DNA from: Patescibacteria group bacterium
GTDB lineage: Bacteria > Patescibacteriota > Patescibacteriia > CAIXNZ01
Direction of reading: 5' to 3'
DNA: 64,000 bases
NCBI GenBank assembly: GCA_028714455.1
Contig: JAQTMG010000002.1
Coordinates: 38,047-102,046 of the forward strand
Part shown: in pieces, positions 1-9,580 of the stretch
Numbering within the stretch: the stretch's first letter is position 1
How the letters are laid out: the number at the start of each line of letters is the position of its first letter
The notes under the pieces: generated by a model
What the model saw: the letters and a program-made list of their open reading frames with translations, nothing else
Told to the model about the DNA's origin: nothing
Databases searched by the model: none
Translations under genes and position numbers: made by a program

Positions 1-134
1 GCGGATTTTCGCCGGAGGAAATTAATTTGGCCTTGAGAAATAGTTTGGTTTCGGTAAGTTTGGGTAAAAGAATTTTAAGAGCTGAAACCGCGGCTATAGT
101 AAGTTGTGGAATAATCGGGAATTTTTATTATTAA
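1..134 (+). CDS. rsmE: 16S rRNA m3U1498 methyltransferase RsmE, 3' end (truncated by window)
   Basis: Frame from nt 3 reads GFSPEE...VSLGKRILRAETAAIV, the C-terminal RsmE motif; TAA at 132-134. Confidence 0.9.
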   Translation, partial: GFSPEEINLALRNSLVSVSLGKRILRAETAAIVSCGIIGNFYY

Positions 135-138
135 TTTT

Positions 139-693
139 TTGTGTATGAGATTTACGATAGGAGATTTTGACTCGTTAATTTCAAAAGATAAAATAAAAAT
201 TAGAAAAGTTGACGATAAACTTAAAAGTTTAATTAAAGAAATCTCTAAAGGATTAGATTATTTTTACGGTGTATATAAATATAAGAATCGATATTCTGGA
301 TTTTTTTCGAAGACTAGGGATAGAAAAATATTTTTTAATCTCCAAATTAACAGTGAGGACTTGAGTTTAGAGTTTCAAGTTGAAAGTAAGCCATTAATTT
401 TGAAATTTATAAAAAATGTAAAGATAGAAACAATAAAAAATCTTAAAGAAATAGGAGACTGCGAGATTGTCGTTTGGGATAATGGCAAAAAAGTAATTAA
501 ATTATATCCGGAATACCTAGATGATTTAACAATAAAATTTTTGATAAATAAAATTAAAACAACAAAAAATCCGATTATTAAGATTAGAAAGATTTATTCA
601 AGAGAAAATCAAGTCTTGAGATCAGATAAATTAGCAGATAGTATTTTGAAAGATATAAAGCAAATGGAAGATTTTTATAGTAAAATGTTTTAA
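139..693 (+). CDS. hypothetical protein
   Basis: 184-aa Lys/Ile-rich ORF, AT-rich, no recognised motif. Confidence 0.6.
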   Translation: MCMRFTIGDFDSLISKDKIKIRKVDDKLKSLIKEISKGLDYFYGVYKYKNRYSGFFSKTRDRKIFFNLQINSEDLSLEFQVESKPLILKFIKNVKIETIKNLKEIGDCEIVVWDNGKKVIKLYPEYLDDLTIKFLINKIKTTKNPIIKIRKIYSRENQVLRSDKLADSILKDIKQMEDFYSKMF

Positions 694-735
694 ACGACTA
701 TTCGTATATTAGTAATTATTCGTAATTCGTATCAC

Positions 736-990
736 ATGCATGATTTACACGAGGCGGATAAAATTTTAAAAGTAATTTTAGATTACGGCCAAAAGAATAA
801 TTTAAGAAAAATTACAAAAGCAGTGATTGATTTAGGCAGTATGGTTGAACACGGAGAAGAGCTTTTACCAGCTAATGTTGAATTTAATATCAAAATGCTG
901 GCGCAGGGCACGATTGCCGAAAATTTGGAAACTATTATAAACAAAACTCATGGCGATAGCTGGGTTCTGAAAGAGATAGAAGGGGAATAG
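736..990 (+). CDS. hypA: HypA-like nickel metallochaperone lacking the zinc finger
   Basis: N-terminal MHD, GTIAEN, C-terminal LKEIEGE match the HypA pattern; no CxxC. Confidence 0.65.
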   Translation: MHDLHEADKILKVILDYGQKNNLRKITKAVIDLGSMVEHGEELLPANVEFNIKMLAQGTIAENLETIINKTHGDSWVLKEIEGE

Positions 991-1084
991 GTGATAAATT
1001 CCAAAACACAAATTCCAAATTCCAAAAAATTTGATTGCGAATTATTTGATATAATTATTATTTAATTTTTGCTATAATTAATAT

Positions 1085-2278
1085 ATGCAATTAAAAAGCA
1101 TTGAACAGATTAAAAACCTTAAAAATAAACGCGTTTTAGTGCGCGTTGATTATAATGTTGACATTGAAAAGGGAAAAGTAACTGAACCAGAAAGAATTAT
1201 CCGAAGTTTTCCGACAATAAATTTTTTAGTGAAAAATAAGGCCAAGGTGATTTTAATGTCGCACCTGGGTCGGCCTGATGGCAAGAAGAATTTAAAGTAC
1301 ACCTTAAAACCGGTTGCGATTTTTTTGGATCATCAGACGAAAAAGCCTGTCCATTTTGCCCACGACTGCATAGGTAATAGTGTTAAGGAGAGGATAGATA
1401 AAATGTTGCCCGGGCAAATTTTGCTTTTAGAAAATTTACGATTTTATAGCGGGGAAGAAAAAAATGACGCAAAATTTGCCCGCGAACTCGCTTCACTGGC
1501 TGACATTTACGTCAATGACGCTTTTGCGGTTTGTCACCGAGCCCACGCCTCGGTTGCGGCGATTACAAAATATTTGCCCTCTTACGCCGGCTATAATTTA
1601 ATTGATGAGGTGGAAAATTTGAGTAAAGTTCTCAAAGGGTATAACAGGCCGGCCGTAGCCGTGATTGGCGGCGTCAAGATTTCCACCAAAATTAAAGTCT
1701 TGGAGAATTTTTTGAAAAATTACGACAAAGTGTTAATTGGTGGCGCTCTGGCCAATAATTTTTTCGCCGCGCTCAAATATAAAATTGGCAGATCGGTTTA
1801 TGAACCGGATTACGTTAATTTTTCCAAGAGCTTGCTGGATAGATACAAGGGGAAGATAGTTTTGCCCCAGGATTTAATTATAACCAGTAAATTAGATAAA
1901 AATAGCAAAACAGAAAAAGTCAAAGTGTCAGAATTAAATAAATTGAAGAAAAAGAATTTTATAATCGCTGACATCGGCAATAGAACGGAACTTTATTTCG
2001 AGAGTTTCATTAAATCAGCCGAAACTTTTGTCTGGAATGGCGCCATGGGCGTTTTTGAAATTCCGCAATTTTCCCACGGCAGTGATTATTTGGCCAAGAT
2101 TATGGCCATGCAGGCGAGAGGCGATGCTTTTGGTGTGGTCGGCGGAGGTGAAACAATCATGTTAATTAAAAGAAATCATCTGGAATCCTGGTTTGATTTT
2201 GTTTCCACTGGCGGGGGAGCAATGCTGGAGTTTCTGGAAGGGAAGGTGCTTCCTGGTATTAAACCCCTGCTAAAATAA
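1085..2278 (+). CDS. pgk: phosphoglycerate kinase
   Basis: RVDYNV, SHLGRP, LLENLRF, STGGGAMLEFLEG motifs. Confidence 0.97.
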   Translation: MQLKSIEQIKNLKNKRVLVRVDYNVDIEKGKVTEPERIIRSFPTINFLVKNKAKVILMSHLGRPDGKKNLKYTLKPVAIFLDHQTKKPVHFAHDCIGNSVKERIDKMLPGQILLLENLRFYSGEEKNDAKFARELASLADIYVNDAFAVCHRAHASVAAITKYLPSYAGYNLIDEVENLSKVLKGYNRPAVAVIGGVKISTKIKVLENFLKNYDKVLIGGALANNFFAALKYKIGRSVYEPDYVNFSKSLLDRYKGKIVLPQDLIITSKLDKNSKTEKVKVSELNKLKKKNFIIADIGNRTELYFESFIKSAETFVWNGAMGVFEIPQFSHGSDYLAKIMAMQARGDAFGVVGGGETIMLIKRNHLESWFDFVSTGGGAMLEFLEGKVLPGIKPLLK

Positions 2279-2322
2279 GAGATGCGGAACCACTAATTTA
2301 TTTTCACTAATAACACGAATTG

Positions 2323-2694
2323 ATGGGGGAAATATTTTATAAAGATTTAAGTTACAGAATAATTGGATTAGTTTTTGAGGTATTTAATAATTTAGGATTT
2401 GGTTACAGAGAAAAGTATTATCAGCGGGCATTAGCTGAAGAATTAAAGAATTCAAAAATTAATTATAAAAAGGAGGTTCCCGTAAGACTTTTTTATAAAA
2501 ATAGATTGATTGGCAAATATATTATTGATTTCGTTATTGAAGATAAAATAATACTTGAAATTAAGATAGCGAAAGAATTTTACACTAAAGATATTAAACA
2601 GCTACTCGGATATCTTAAAGCGAAAAATTTAAAATTAGGGATGTTGATAATATTTACCAAAGATGGAATAAAATATCGAAGAATTGTCAATTGA
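2323..2694 (+). CDS. GxxExxY protein (PD-(D/E)xK-like family)
   Basis: GFGYREKYYQRAL, DFVIEDKIILEIK, QLLGYL. Confidence 0.9.
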   Translation: MGEIFYKDLSYRIIGLVFEVFNNLGFGYREKYYQRALAEELKNSKINYKKEVPVRLFYKNRLIGKYIIDFVIEDKIILEIKIAKEFYTKDIKQLLGYLKAKNLKLGMLIIFTKDGIKYRRIVN

Positions 2695-2746
2695 TGAGTA
2701 TATTAGTGTTATTCGTGATCTTGATTTGTGATCCATCAAACAATTT

Positions 2747-2971
2747 ATGGGCACAAGAAATTTAAAGGATCTCGAAAATATCGAAAAACATTTAGATCAC
2801 ATCAAGTCATTGTTAAATCCAGAAGATTCACCATATATTTGCGATACGATTGTTACAAATATTGGAGATGAGATGCTCGTTGATTTGATAATGGATATGC
2901 TGATTAATATGGGTTATAAGAATAAAATGATTTTAAAAGTAGCGAAAATAATAAAACAAATACAAGCTTAA
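2747..2971 (+). CDS. hypothetical protein
   Basis: 74-aa ORF between co-oriented genes. Confidence 0.5.
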   Translation: MGTRNLKDLENIEKHLDHIKSLLNPEDSPYICDTIVTNIGDEMLVDLIMDMLINMGYKNKMILKVAKIIKQIQA

Positions 2972-3000
2972 TATTAAATTAAATAATTAATTAAAAAATT

Positions 3001-3777
3001 ATGAACACATGTTGCGTTAAATTTAAAGAGAATCCGGTTCTCTTTATCTTAATCACTGTTCTTCTAATTTGCGTGATCGCGGTTTTGATTTTTTGGGCCA
3101 TGAATCTGTACAAACAGAATTATTACATTGGCAAAAACCCCCAGATTGATCGCACCATTACAATCATGGGAGAGGGTAAGGTGACGGCGATTCCTGACAT
3201 AGCTAATGTCACGCTGGGAATGCAAAATACCAACCTAAATATTCAGGTTGCCCAGAAGAAAAATTCAGATACCATGAATGCTCTTATCGCGCAGTTGACC
3301 GCGCTTGGCATATCAAAAGATGATATTCAGACGACAAATTACAATATCTATCCGCAGTATGATTATTCAAGCTCCAGACAAACCTTAACCGGTTATACTG
3401 TCTCTCAAGATGTGACAGTTAAAATCAGACAAACTGATAAAGTTGACCAGGTTTTGAAAATCGCCGGCGATTTGAAGCTTAATCAAGTTGGTGGTTTGTC
3501 TTTTGCCATTGATAATCCCGAAACATACAGACAACAAGCCAGAATTTTGGCCCTGCAAAATGCCAAGGACAAGGCCGAAGCGCTTGCCAAAATTATGGGC
3601 GTGAATTTGGGTAAGGTAATTTCATTTGCAGAAAGTTCAAATGGCGTTACTCCTTATCCGATGATGGTTAGCGATAAAGCAGTTTCCGGAATTGGCGGAG
3701 GCGGGACAGCGCCGTCTGTTTCAGTTGGCAGCCAGGATATCATCATAGACGCTTCAATAGTTTACGAGTTAAATTAA
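3001..3777 (+). CDS. SIMPL (DUF541) domain protein
   Basis: N-terminal TM helix, GEGKVTAIPDIA, IQTTNYNIYPQY, AKDKAEALA. Confidence 0.9.
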   Translation: MNTCCVKFKENPVLFILITVLLICVIAVLIFWAMNLYKQNYYIGKNPQIDRTITIMGEGKVTAIPDIANVTLGMQNTNLNIQVAQKKNSDTMNALIAQLTALGISKDDIQTTNYNIYPQYDYSSSRQTLTGYTVSQDVTVKIRQTDKVDQVLKIAGDLKLNQVGGLSFAIDNPETYRQQARILALQNAKDKAEALAKIMGVNLGKVISFAESSNGVTPYPMMVSDKAVSGIGGGGTAPSVSVGSQDIIIDASIVYELN

Positions 3778-3782
3778 ACTGA

Positions 3783-5042
3783 ATGTTTAATAACAAAAGA
3801 ATAAAAAAAATTGAGGCACTGGAAATTTTGGATTCACGCGGCAATCCGACTCTTGAAGTTAAAGTTATTTTGAAAAATGGCTTGACAGGCACGGCCATGG
3901 TGCCTTCGGGCGCTTCAAAGGGCAGTCATGAGGCGATAGAATTGCGCGACAATGATAAGAAACGATATGGCGGTCAGGGCGTGCTAAAAGCGATCAAGCA
4001 CGTGAATGTCGAACTTAACGCTTTATTGAAAAATACTGACGTGACTGATCAACAAGATATTGACCGCCTGATGATTCATCTGGATGATACGGAGAATAAG
4101 GCAAATATCGGCGCTAACGCCATGCTTGGCGTTTCTCTGGCCTGTGCCAAGGCAGGTGCCAATTCAGAAAATATGCCGCTTTATAAATATCTGCGACACG
4201 TTTATAAAATCCATTACAAATCATTTCATTTACCCAGACCAATGATGAATGTGCTTAATGGCGGTAAGCACGCTGATTGGGCGACTGATGTTCAGGAATT
4301 CATGATTATACTCAAGGCCAATTCAATGGCCAAGAGGGTTCAGATCGGCAGCGAGATATTTCATTCTCTGGCTGGTATTCTCAAGGAGAAGGGGTATGAA
4401 AATTTAGTGGGTGACGAGGGCGGCTTTGCTCCCAAATTGAAAAAGAATGAGATGGCTTTGGATTTTTTGGTCGCGGCTATAAAGAAAGCAGGATATAAAC
4501 TGGGCAAGGAAGTTGATCTGGGCATTGATTGCGCGGCCTCTGAATTTTACACGCCGTCAAAAAAAATCTATAAGTTGAATGGCAAAAAGTTTACCTCAAC
4601 CCGACTCGTTAATTTGTATAGAAAATGGGTCAAGAAATATAAACTGATTTCGATCGAAGACGGACTTGCCGAAGATGATTGGCAATCGTGGCGAGTGCTC
4701 ACAAAAAAGCTGGGCGGAAAATGTATGTTAATCGGTGATGACCTTTTTGTGACAGACAGCGAGCGTCTGCAAAAGGGGATTAATATTCAGGCCGCCAACG
4801 CAATTTTGATAAAGCCGAACCAGATCGGTACCCTGACCGAGACAGTCGCGACTATTTACACCGCCAAGATGAATAATTATAAAGTTATTATTTCTCACCG
4901 AAGCGGCGAGACCTGCGACAGTTTTATTTCGGATTTAGCCGTGGCAGTTAATGCTGAATTTATAAAGGCGGGTTCATTGAGCCGAGGAGAAAGGGTAGCG
5001 AAATATAACCGGCTTTTGGAAATCGAGAAAGAATTAGCTTAA
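3783..5042 (+). CDS. eno: enolase
   Basis: EILDSRGNPT, VGDEGGFAP, LIKPNQIGT, SHRSGET. Confidence 0.97.
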   Translation: MFNNKRIKKIEALEILDSRGNPTLEVKVILKNGLTGTAMVPSGASKGSHEAIELRDNDKKRYGGQGVLKAIKHVNVELNALLKNTDVTDQQDIDRLMIHLDDTENKANIGANAMLGVSLACAKAGANSENMPLYKYLRHVYKIHYKSFHLPRPMMNVLNGGKHADWATDVQEFMIILKANSMAKRVQIGSEIFHSLAGILKEKGYENLVGDEGGFAPKLKKNEMALDFLVAAIKKAGYKLGKEVDLGIDCAASEFYTPSKKIYKLNGKKFTSTRLVNLYRKWVKKYKLISIEDGLAEDDWQSWRVLTKKLGGKCMLIGDDLFVTDSERLQKGINIQAANAILIKPNQIGTLTETVATIYTAKMNNYKVIISHRSGETCDSFISDLAVAVNAEFIKAGSLSRGERVAKYNRLLEIEKELA

Positions 5043-5088
5043 TCAAATAGTAAAAAAGTCTGCCGTAAAAGCGGGCTTTTTTATTTAC

Positions 5089-5175
5089 GCCCATTGTCAT
5101 TCCGAATGTAATGAGGAATCTATAACATGTAGTGGATTCTTCGCTCCGCTCTGAATGACGGAGAGGGCAATGGGC
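5089..5175. repeat. REP-like stem-loop, family A copy 1
   Basis: GTCATTCCGAATGTAATGAGGAATCT...GATTCTTCGCTCCGCTCTGAATGAC; also at 24039 and 48335. Confidence 0.85.
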
Positions 5176-5183
5176 TTGTCCTG

Positions 5184-5212
5184 TTGACAAAATCATATTT
5201 TTGCCCTATACT
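5184..5212 (+). promoter_or_regulatory. sigma70-type promoter
   Basis: TTGACA-N17-TATACT. Confidence 0.75.
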
Positions 5213-5387
5213 GTAAAATCATGAACCTTAAAAATATCTCTTGAAAAAGGACAAGGGATTAGAAATATTGACCTCCGGTTATTGTTATTCCCAAACCCAA
5301 GTCGCCAAAAAAAAGAAGAGGCGAGAAAAGAAAGATGGGGAACGGGAACAATAACTCAAACCGGCATTAATTTGCCAAGGAGGTCTC

Positions 5388-5579
5388 ATGCTGAGATATT
5401 CCAAGCTAAGCAAAGAGGAGCTTAGGGAGTTGAAGGCTAAGTCGATGTCAGAAGAGGATGTAAAGAGAATGCGCAAACTTGATGAAGAGACTAGCTGGAT
5501 CCTTTCTATGCATCAAATCAGTGAAGTACACGGCGAAGAACGAGCGTCCGGTAAAGCGAAGCTAAAACGCAAGAGATAA
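5388..5579 (+). CDS. small charged hypothetical protein (SD-class unit)
   Basis: AAGGAGG SD, upstream promoter, downstream hairpin terminator 5591-5620. Confidence 0.7.
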   Translation: MLRYSKLSKEELRELKAKSMSEEDVKRMRKLDEETSWILSMHQISEVHGEERASGKAKLKRKR

Positions 5580-5627
5580 CTTTTGCGCTCAAGGCCTGCT
5601 GTAAAAAGCGGGCCTTTTTTATTTGTG

Positions 5628-5840
5628 AAAATAGGAACTGTAGGAACTACAGGAGCTAAGGGTAGAAAAGGGCTATAAGAGCTGTATGAACTAAAGGCCA
5701 AAATGAGCTAAATGTTGATAGGTTAACAGGTCCTTTTGAACCTTTTAACCTATAGTTCCTATTATCATATAGCTCCCTTTTTCTTTTGGTTCCTATAGTT
5801 CCTATTACCCCTATTTCCATATAGTTCTTTTAGCTCATAT
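5628..5840. repeat. inverted array of degenerate 9-mers (TAGGAACTA ... TAGTTCCTA)
   Basis: Left arm repeats AGGAACT/AGGAGCT/AGAGCT, right arm repeats TAGTTCCT/TAGCTC; related array at 58833-58968. Confidence 0.75.
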
Positions 5841-5892
5841 AATCAAATGGGTTATTTGAAAATATGGGCAATTTGAGGTAAAATAAATACAT

Positions 5893-7464
5893 ATGAATAA
5901 GACAGAAAAAGTAAAAAATCTGCCTTTTGTTTTGGTTATTTTGGACGGCTGGGGTATTGCGCCAGCCAGCCCAAGTAATTCTATTTCCTTGGCTAAAAAG
6001 CCCAACGTGGACTATTTTTTGAAGCACTACCCAAATACGCAGCTCATCGCTTCGGGAGAAAAAGTCGGTCTTAAGAAAAATGAAGATGGAAATTCAGAAG
6101 CTGGGCATATGAATATCGGTGCTGGCAGAATTGTGAAGCAAGATCAGATCATGATTTCGGCAATGATAAAAAATAAAAGTTTCTTCAAAAATCCTGCTTT
6201 ACTTGAAGCGGTTAAGCATGCCCGCAAATTCAAATCAAACATTCATATAATGGGGCTTTTATCAAATGGCGAAAGCGCCCATTCTGATCCGGAACATCTT
6301 TTTGCGCTCCTGGAATTTTTACACAAACAAAAATTTCACAAGATTTATTTGCACATTTTTACTGACGGCCGCGATTCGCCGCCGCATGCGGCTGCGCGCC
6401 TGATGAACAAGCTGATTAATAATTTTAAAAATAGCGAGACCATTTCCACTGTCATGGGCCGATTTTACGCCATGGATCGCATTAAAAAATGGAATAGGAC
6501 AGAAGCAGCTTATAACGCCATGGTCATGGGTGACGGTTTGGTTTCTGATAATCCTTATAAAGCAGTTTCCGAAGCCTATAATCGTGGTGAGACAGATGAA
6601 TTCATTATTCCCACAATAATCAGAAATCCGAAAAAGAACCCGAAATTTATTAGTAATAATGATTCGGTTATATTTTTCAACCTGCGGTCTGATCGAGCGC
6701 GCCAAATCACCAAGCCATTTGTCCAGAAAAATTTTGAGAATGAAAATCCGGGCGCTTTCAAAAGGCATAAAGTTTTAAAAAATCTTAAATTCGTGGCGCT
6801 AACTAATTTCGGGCCAGACCTCGATGATATAAAAAATGTTTATGAGGGCCAGGAACTTGTTAATACTTTACCTTTCGCGCTAAAAGATATTAGGCAGGAA
6901 TACCTGGCCGAGCGCGAAAAATACGCACACGTAACTTACTTTTTTAATGGCGGCCATAATAGGCCTGTTAATGGCGAAATTTGGAGGCAAGTAAAATCAG
7001 AAGGCGCTCAAAATTACGAGACCTTTCCACAGATGTCAATTGTGACTTTGACTGATATAGTTTGCCAGGATGTTAAATCAAATGATTTTGATTTTATTAC
7101 AGTAAATTTTGCCAACGCCGACATGCTTGGTCATACTGGTAATATTGCGGCAGCTATTAAGGCGGTTGAATATATTGACAGTTGCTTGGGAAAAATTTAT
7201 AAAGCTTTAGAGAAAAAGAAAGGCACGCTAATGATTACGGCTGATCATGGCAATGCCGAAGAGATGATGAATATTAAAACACACGAGAAAGATACGGAAC
7301 ATAGTACAAATCCCGTGCCGCTGATAATTATTCATCCAGGTTTAACCAAGAAAAAATTAAAATTAAGAAAAGGTATATTGGGTGATGTGGCGCCAACAAT
7401 TTTGGCGTTGATGGGCCTAAAAGAGCCAAAGGAAATGACCGGGCGATCGCTGATTGTTAGTTGA
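5893..7464 (+). CDS. gpmI: 2,3-bisphosphoglycerate-independent phosphoglycerate mutase, copy 1
   Basis: LDGWG, GNSEAGH, DGRD, ADMLGHTG, TADHGNAE. Confidence 0.95.
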   Translation: MNKTEKVKNLPFVLVILDGWGIAPASPSNSISLAKKPNVDYFLKHYPNTQLIASGEKVGLKKNEDGNSEAGHMNIGAGRIVKQDQIMISAMIKNKSFFKNPALLEAVKHARKFKSNIHIMGLLSNGESAHSDPEHLFALLEFLHKQKFHKIYLHIFTDGRDSPPHAAARLMNKLINNFKNSETISTVMGRFYAMDRIKKWNRTEAAYNAMVMGDGLVSDNPYKAVSEAYNRGETDEFIIPTIIRNPKKNPKFISNNDSVIFFNLRSDRARQITKPFVQKNFENENPGAFKRHKVLKNLKFVALTNFGPDLDDIKNVYEGQELVNTLPFALKDIRQEYLAEREKYAHVTYFFNGGHNRPVNGEIWRQVKSEGAQNYETFPQMSIVTLTDIVCQDVKSNDFDFITVNFANADMLGHTGNIAAAIKAVEYIDSCLGKIYKALEKKKGTLMITADHGNAEEMMNIKTHEKDTEHSTNPVPLIIIHPGLTKKKLKLRKGILGDVAPTILALMGLKEPKEMTGRSLIVS

Positions 7465-7541
7465 TTAGTTTATTGGTTTAATGGTAAAATTCGGACCAAT
7501 TTCCTAATTAACAAATAAACCAGTAAACAATTCGTTAAATT

Positions 7542-9131
7542 ATGACTAAACTAAAAAATAAACCCGTAGCGCTCTTAATACTTGATGGTTTTGGCATTGC
7601 GCCGCCAGCTCCGGGCAACGCCATTAGCCAGGCCAAAAAACCAAATATTGATAAATACATAGCCACCTATCCTTCAATGGCGCTGGTTGCTTCTGGCGAT
7701 TCGGTCGGTCTTTCCTGGGGGGAGATGGGCACTTCAGAAATCGGTCATCAAAATATAGGTTCAGGCATGATTGTCTATCAGTGGTTGCCCAGAATCAATA
7801 AAGCGATTTCTGACGGCACGTTTTTAAAAAACGAAGCATTTTTAAAAGCCGCGGCGCACGTTAAGAAAAATAAATCAAAGCTGCACCTCTTCGGCTTGGT
7901 CTCATCGGGCGGAGTTCATTCGCACATTGATCATTTATATTCTTTACTGCAATTTGCCAGCCGGCAAAAAATAAATGAAGTTTACATTCACGTGATTCTC
8001 GACGGCCGTGATAGCATTTACAACACGGGCAAAGGTTTTGTTGAAGAACTGTTAAATAAAATTAAAGAATTAAGAGTTAACGCGAAAATCGCCGACATAT
8101 CAGGCCGTTTTTACGCCATGGACCGCGATAATCATTGGGAAAGAACCGAAAAAGCCTTTAACGCCATGGTTAAGGGGGAGAGCGATGAAAAATTTGAAGA
8201 TCCGATTAAAGCCGTAGAGAGTTCTTACAAAAAAAAGGTTTACGATGAAGAATTTGTGCCGGCGGTAATTACAAAAAAAGGCAAACCAGTCGGTTTGATT
8301 GAAGATAAAGACGCCGTGATTTTTTTCAATTTCCGCGCCGATCGAGCCAGACAGATTTCCGAGGCGTTTATACTGCCGGAATTTGATAAATTTCCTCGTC
8401 CTGATTTTTCCAAATTGTTTTTTGTGGGCATGACGCAATACGATAAAGATTTACCACTTGACGCCTTTGCTTTCGCGCCGATTGAAATAAAAAAACCTTT
8501 GGCTAAAATTTTGAGCGACGCGGGTCTGAAGCAGTTGCATATAGCTGAAACAGAAAAATACGCTCACGTGACCTATTTTTTCAATGGCGGCGTGGAAGAG
8601 CCATTTCCTGGCGAGGATCGCATTGTTATTCCTTCGCCGCGCGTGCCCTCTTTTGATCAAAAACCCGAGATGTCCGCTTATAAAGTTACGGACGAAATCG
8701 TGAAAGCTGTTTCAGAAAACAAATATGATTTTATCGTGGCCAATTTTGCCAATACCGATATTGTGGCCCACACCGGTAACCTGAAAGCGACAATTGAGGC
8801 CGCCGAAGTGGTTGATAAATGCGTGGGCAAAATAATAAATTTGATTTTAAGCAAAAACGGCGTTGTTTTTTTGACTGCCGATCACGGCAATGGCGAAGAA
8901 TTACAAAACATCAAAACAGGGGAAATGGATAAGGAACACAGTACTAATCCCGTGCCGTTTATAATCATTGGTCATCAGTGGGAAGGCAAAAACCTTGGCC
9001 TGCCAGACAGCGTAGGCGGCGATTTAAGCTTAGTTACGCCTTCCGGTGTCTTAGCCGATGTAGCGCCCACGATTTTGAAGGTAATGGGCTTTAAACCCTC
9101 GAGTGAAATGACAGGAACGCCATTGATTTAG
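7542..9131 (+). CDS. gpmI: 2,3-bisphosphoglycerate-independent phosphoglycerate mutase, copy 2
   Basis: LDGFG, MGTSEIGH, AETEKYAHVTYFFNGG, TADHGN. Confidence 0.95.
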   Translation: MTKLKNKPVALLILDGFGIAPPAPGNAISQAKKPNIDKYIATYPSMALVASGDSVGLSWGEMGTSEIGHQNIGSGMIVYQWLPRINKAISDGTFLKNEAFLKAAAHVKKNKSKLHLFGLVSSGGVHSHIDHLYSLLQFASRQKINEVYIHVILDGRDSIYNTGKGFVEELLNKIKELRVNAKIADISGRFYAMDRDNHWERTEKAFNAMVKGESDEKFEDPIKAVESSYKKKVYDEEFVPAVITKKGKPVGLIEDKDAVIFFNFRADRARQISEAFILPEFDKFPRPDFSKLFFVGMTQYDKDLPLDAFAFAPIEIKKPLAKILSDAGLKQLHIAETEKYAHVTYFFNGGVEEPFPGEDRIVIPSPRVPSFDQKPEMSAYKVTDEIVKAVSENKYDFIVANFANTDIVAHTGNLKATIEAAEVVDKCVGKIINLILSKNGVVFLTADHGNGEELQNIKTGEMDKEHSTNPVPFIIIGHQWEGKNLGLPDSVGGDLSLVTPSGVLADVAPTILKVMGFKPSSEMTGTPLI

Positions 9132-9167
9132 AAATAGGAAATATGAAATACGAAATACGGAAAAGGT

Positions 9168-9539
9168 ATGAATAATTATATAAAATTCGAAGATTTGGAT
9201 GTTTATAAAATATCAAGAGAACTTTCGGGGGTTTCATGGGAAATTTTTCAAGCGTTAAATTCAGAGCAAAAATATATATTCGGCAAGCAATTTGTTACGG
9301 CAGTTGATTCGATAGGGGCAAACATTGCCGAAGGTTATGGTAGATATCATTATTTGGACAAAATAAGATTTTATTACAATGCCAGAGCATCTCTTTTTGA
9401 ATCTAAACATTGGGTAGATTTATTGCATGAAAGAAAAGTGATAGATGTTTCGAATCATAATTTACTTTTAGAAAAATTTAATTTACTGAATGCTAAATTG
9501 AATAATTTCATTAAAGCTACTTTGGAAAAATCCAAATAA
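9168..9539 (+). CDS. four helix bundle protein (23S rRNA intervening-sequence protein family)
   Basis: FEDLDVY, SIGANIAEGYGR, ARASLFE. Confidence 0.9.
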   Translation: MNNYIKFEDLDVYKISRELSGVSWEIFQALNSEQKYIFGKQFVTAVDSIGANIAEGYGRYHYLDKIRFYYNARASLFESKHWVDLLHERKVIDVSNHNLLLEKFNLLNAKLNNFIKATLEKSK

Positions 9540-9580
9540 ATTATTCCATTCACTTATTTCTAATTTCGTATTTCATCGTT

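Noticed and set aside
5628-5840. CRISPR array
   Set aside because: Units are degenerate 9-mers without unique spacers; no cas genes in the window
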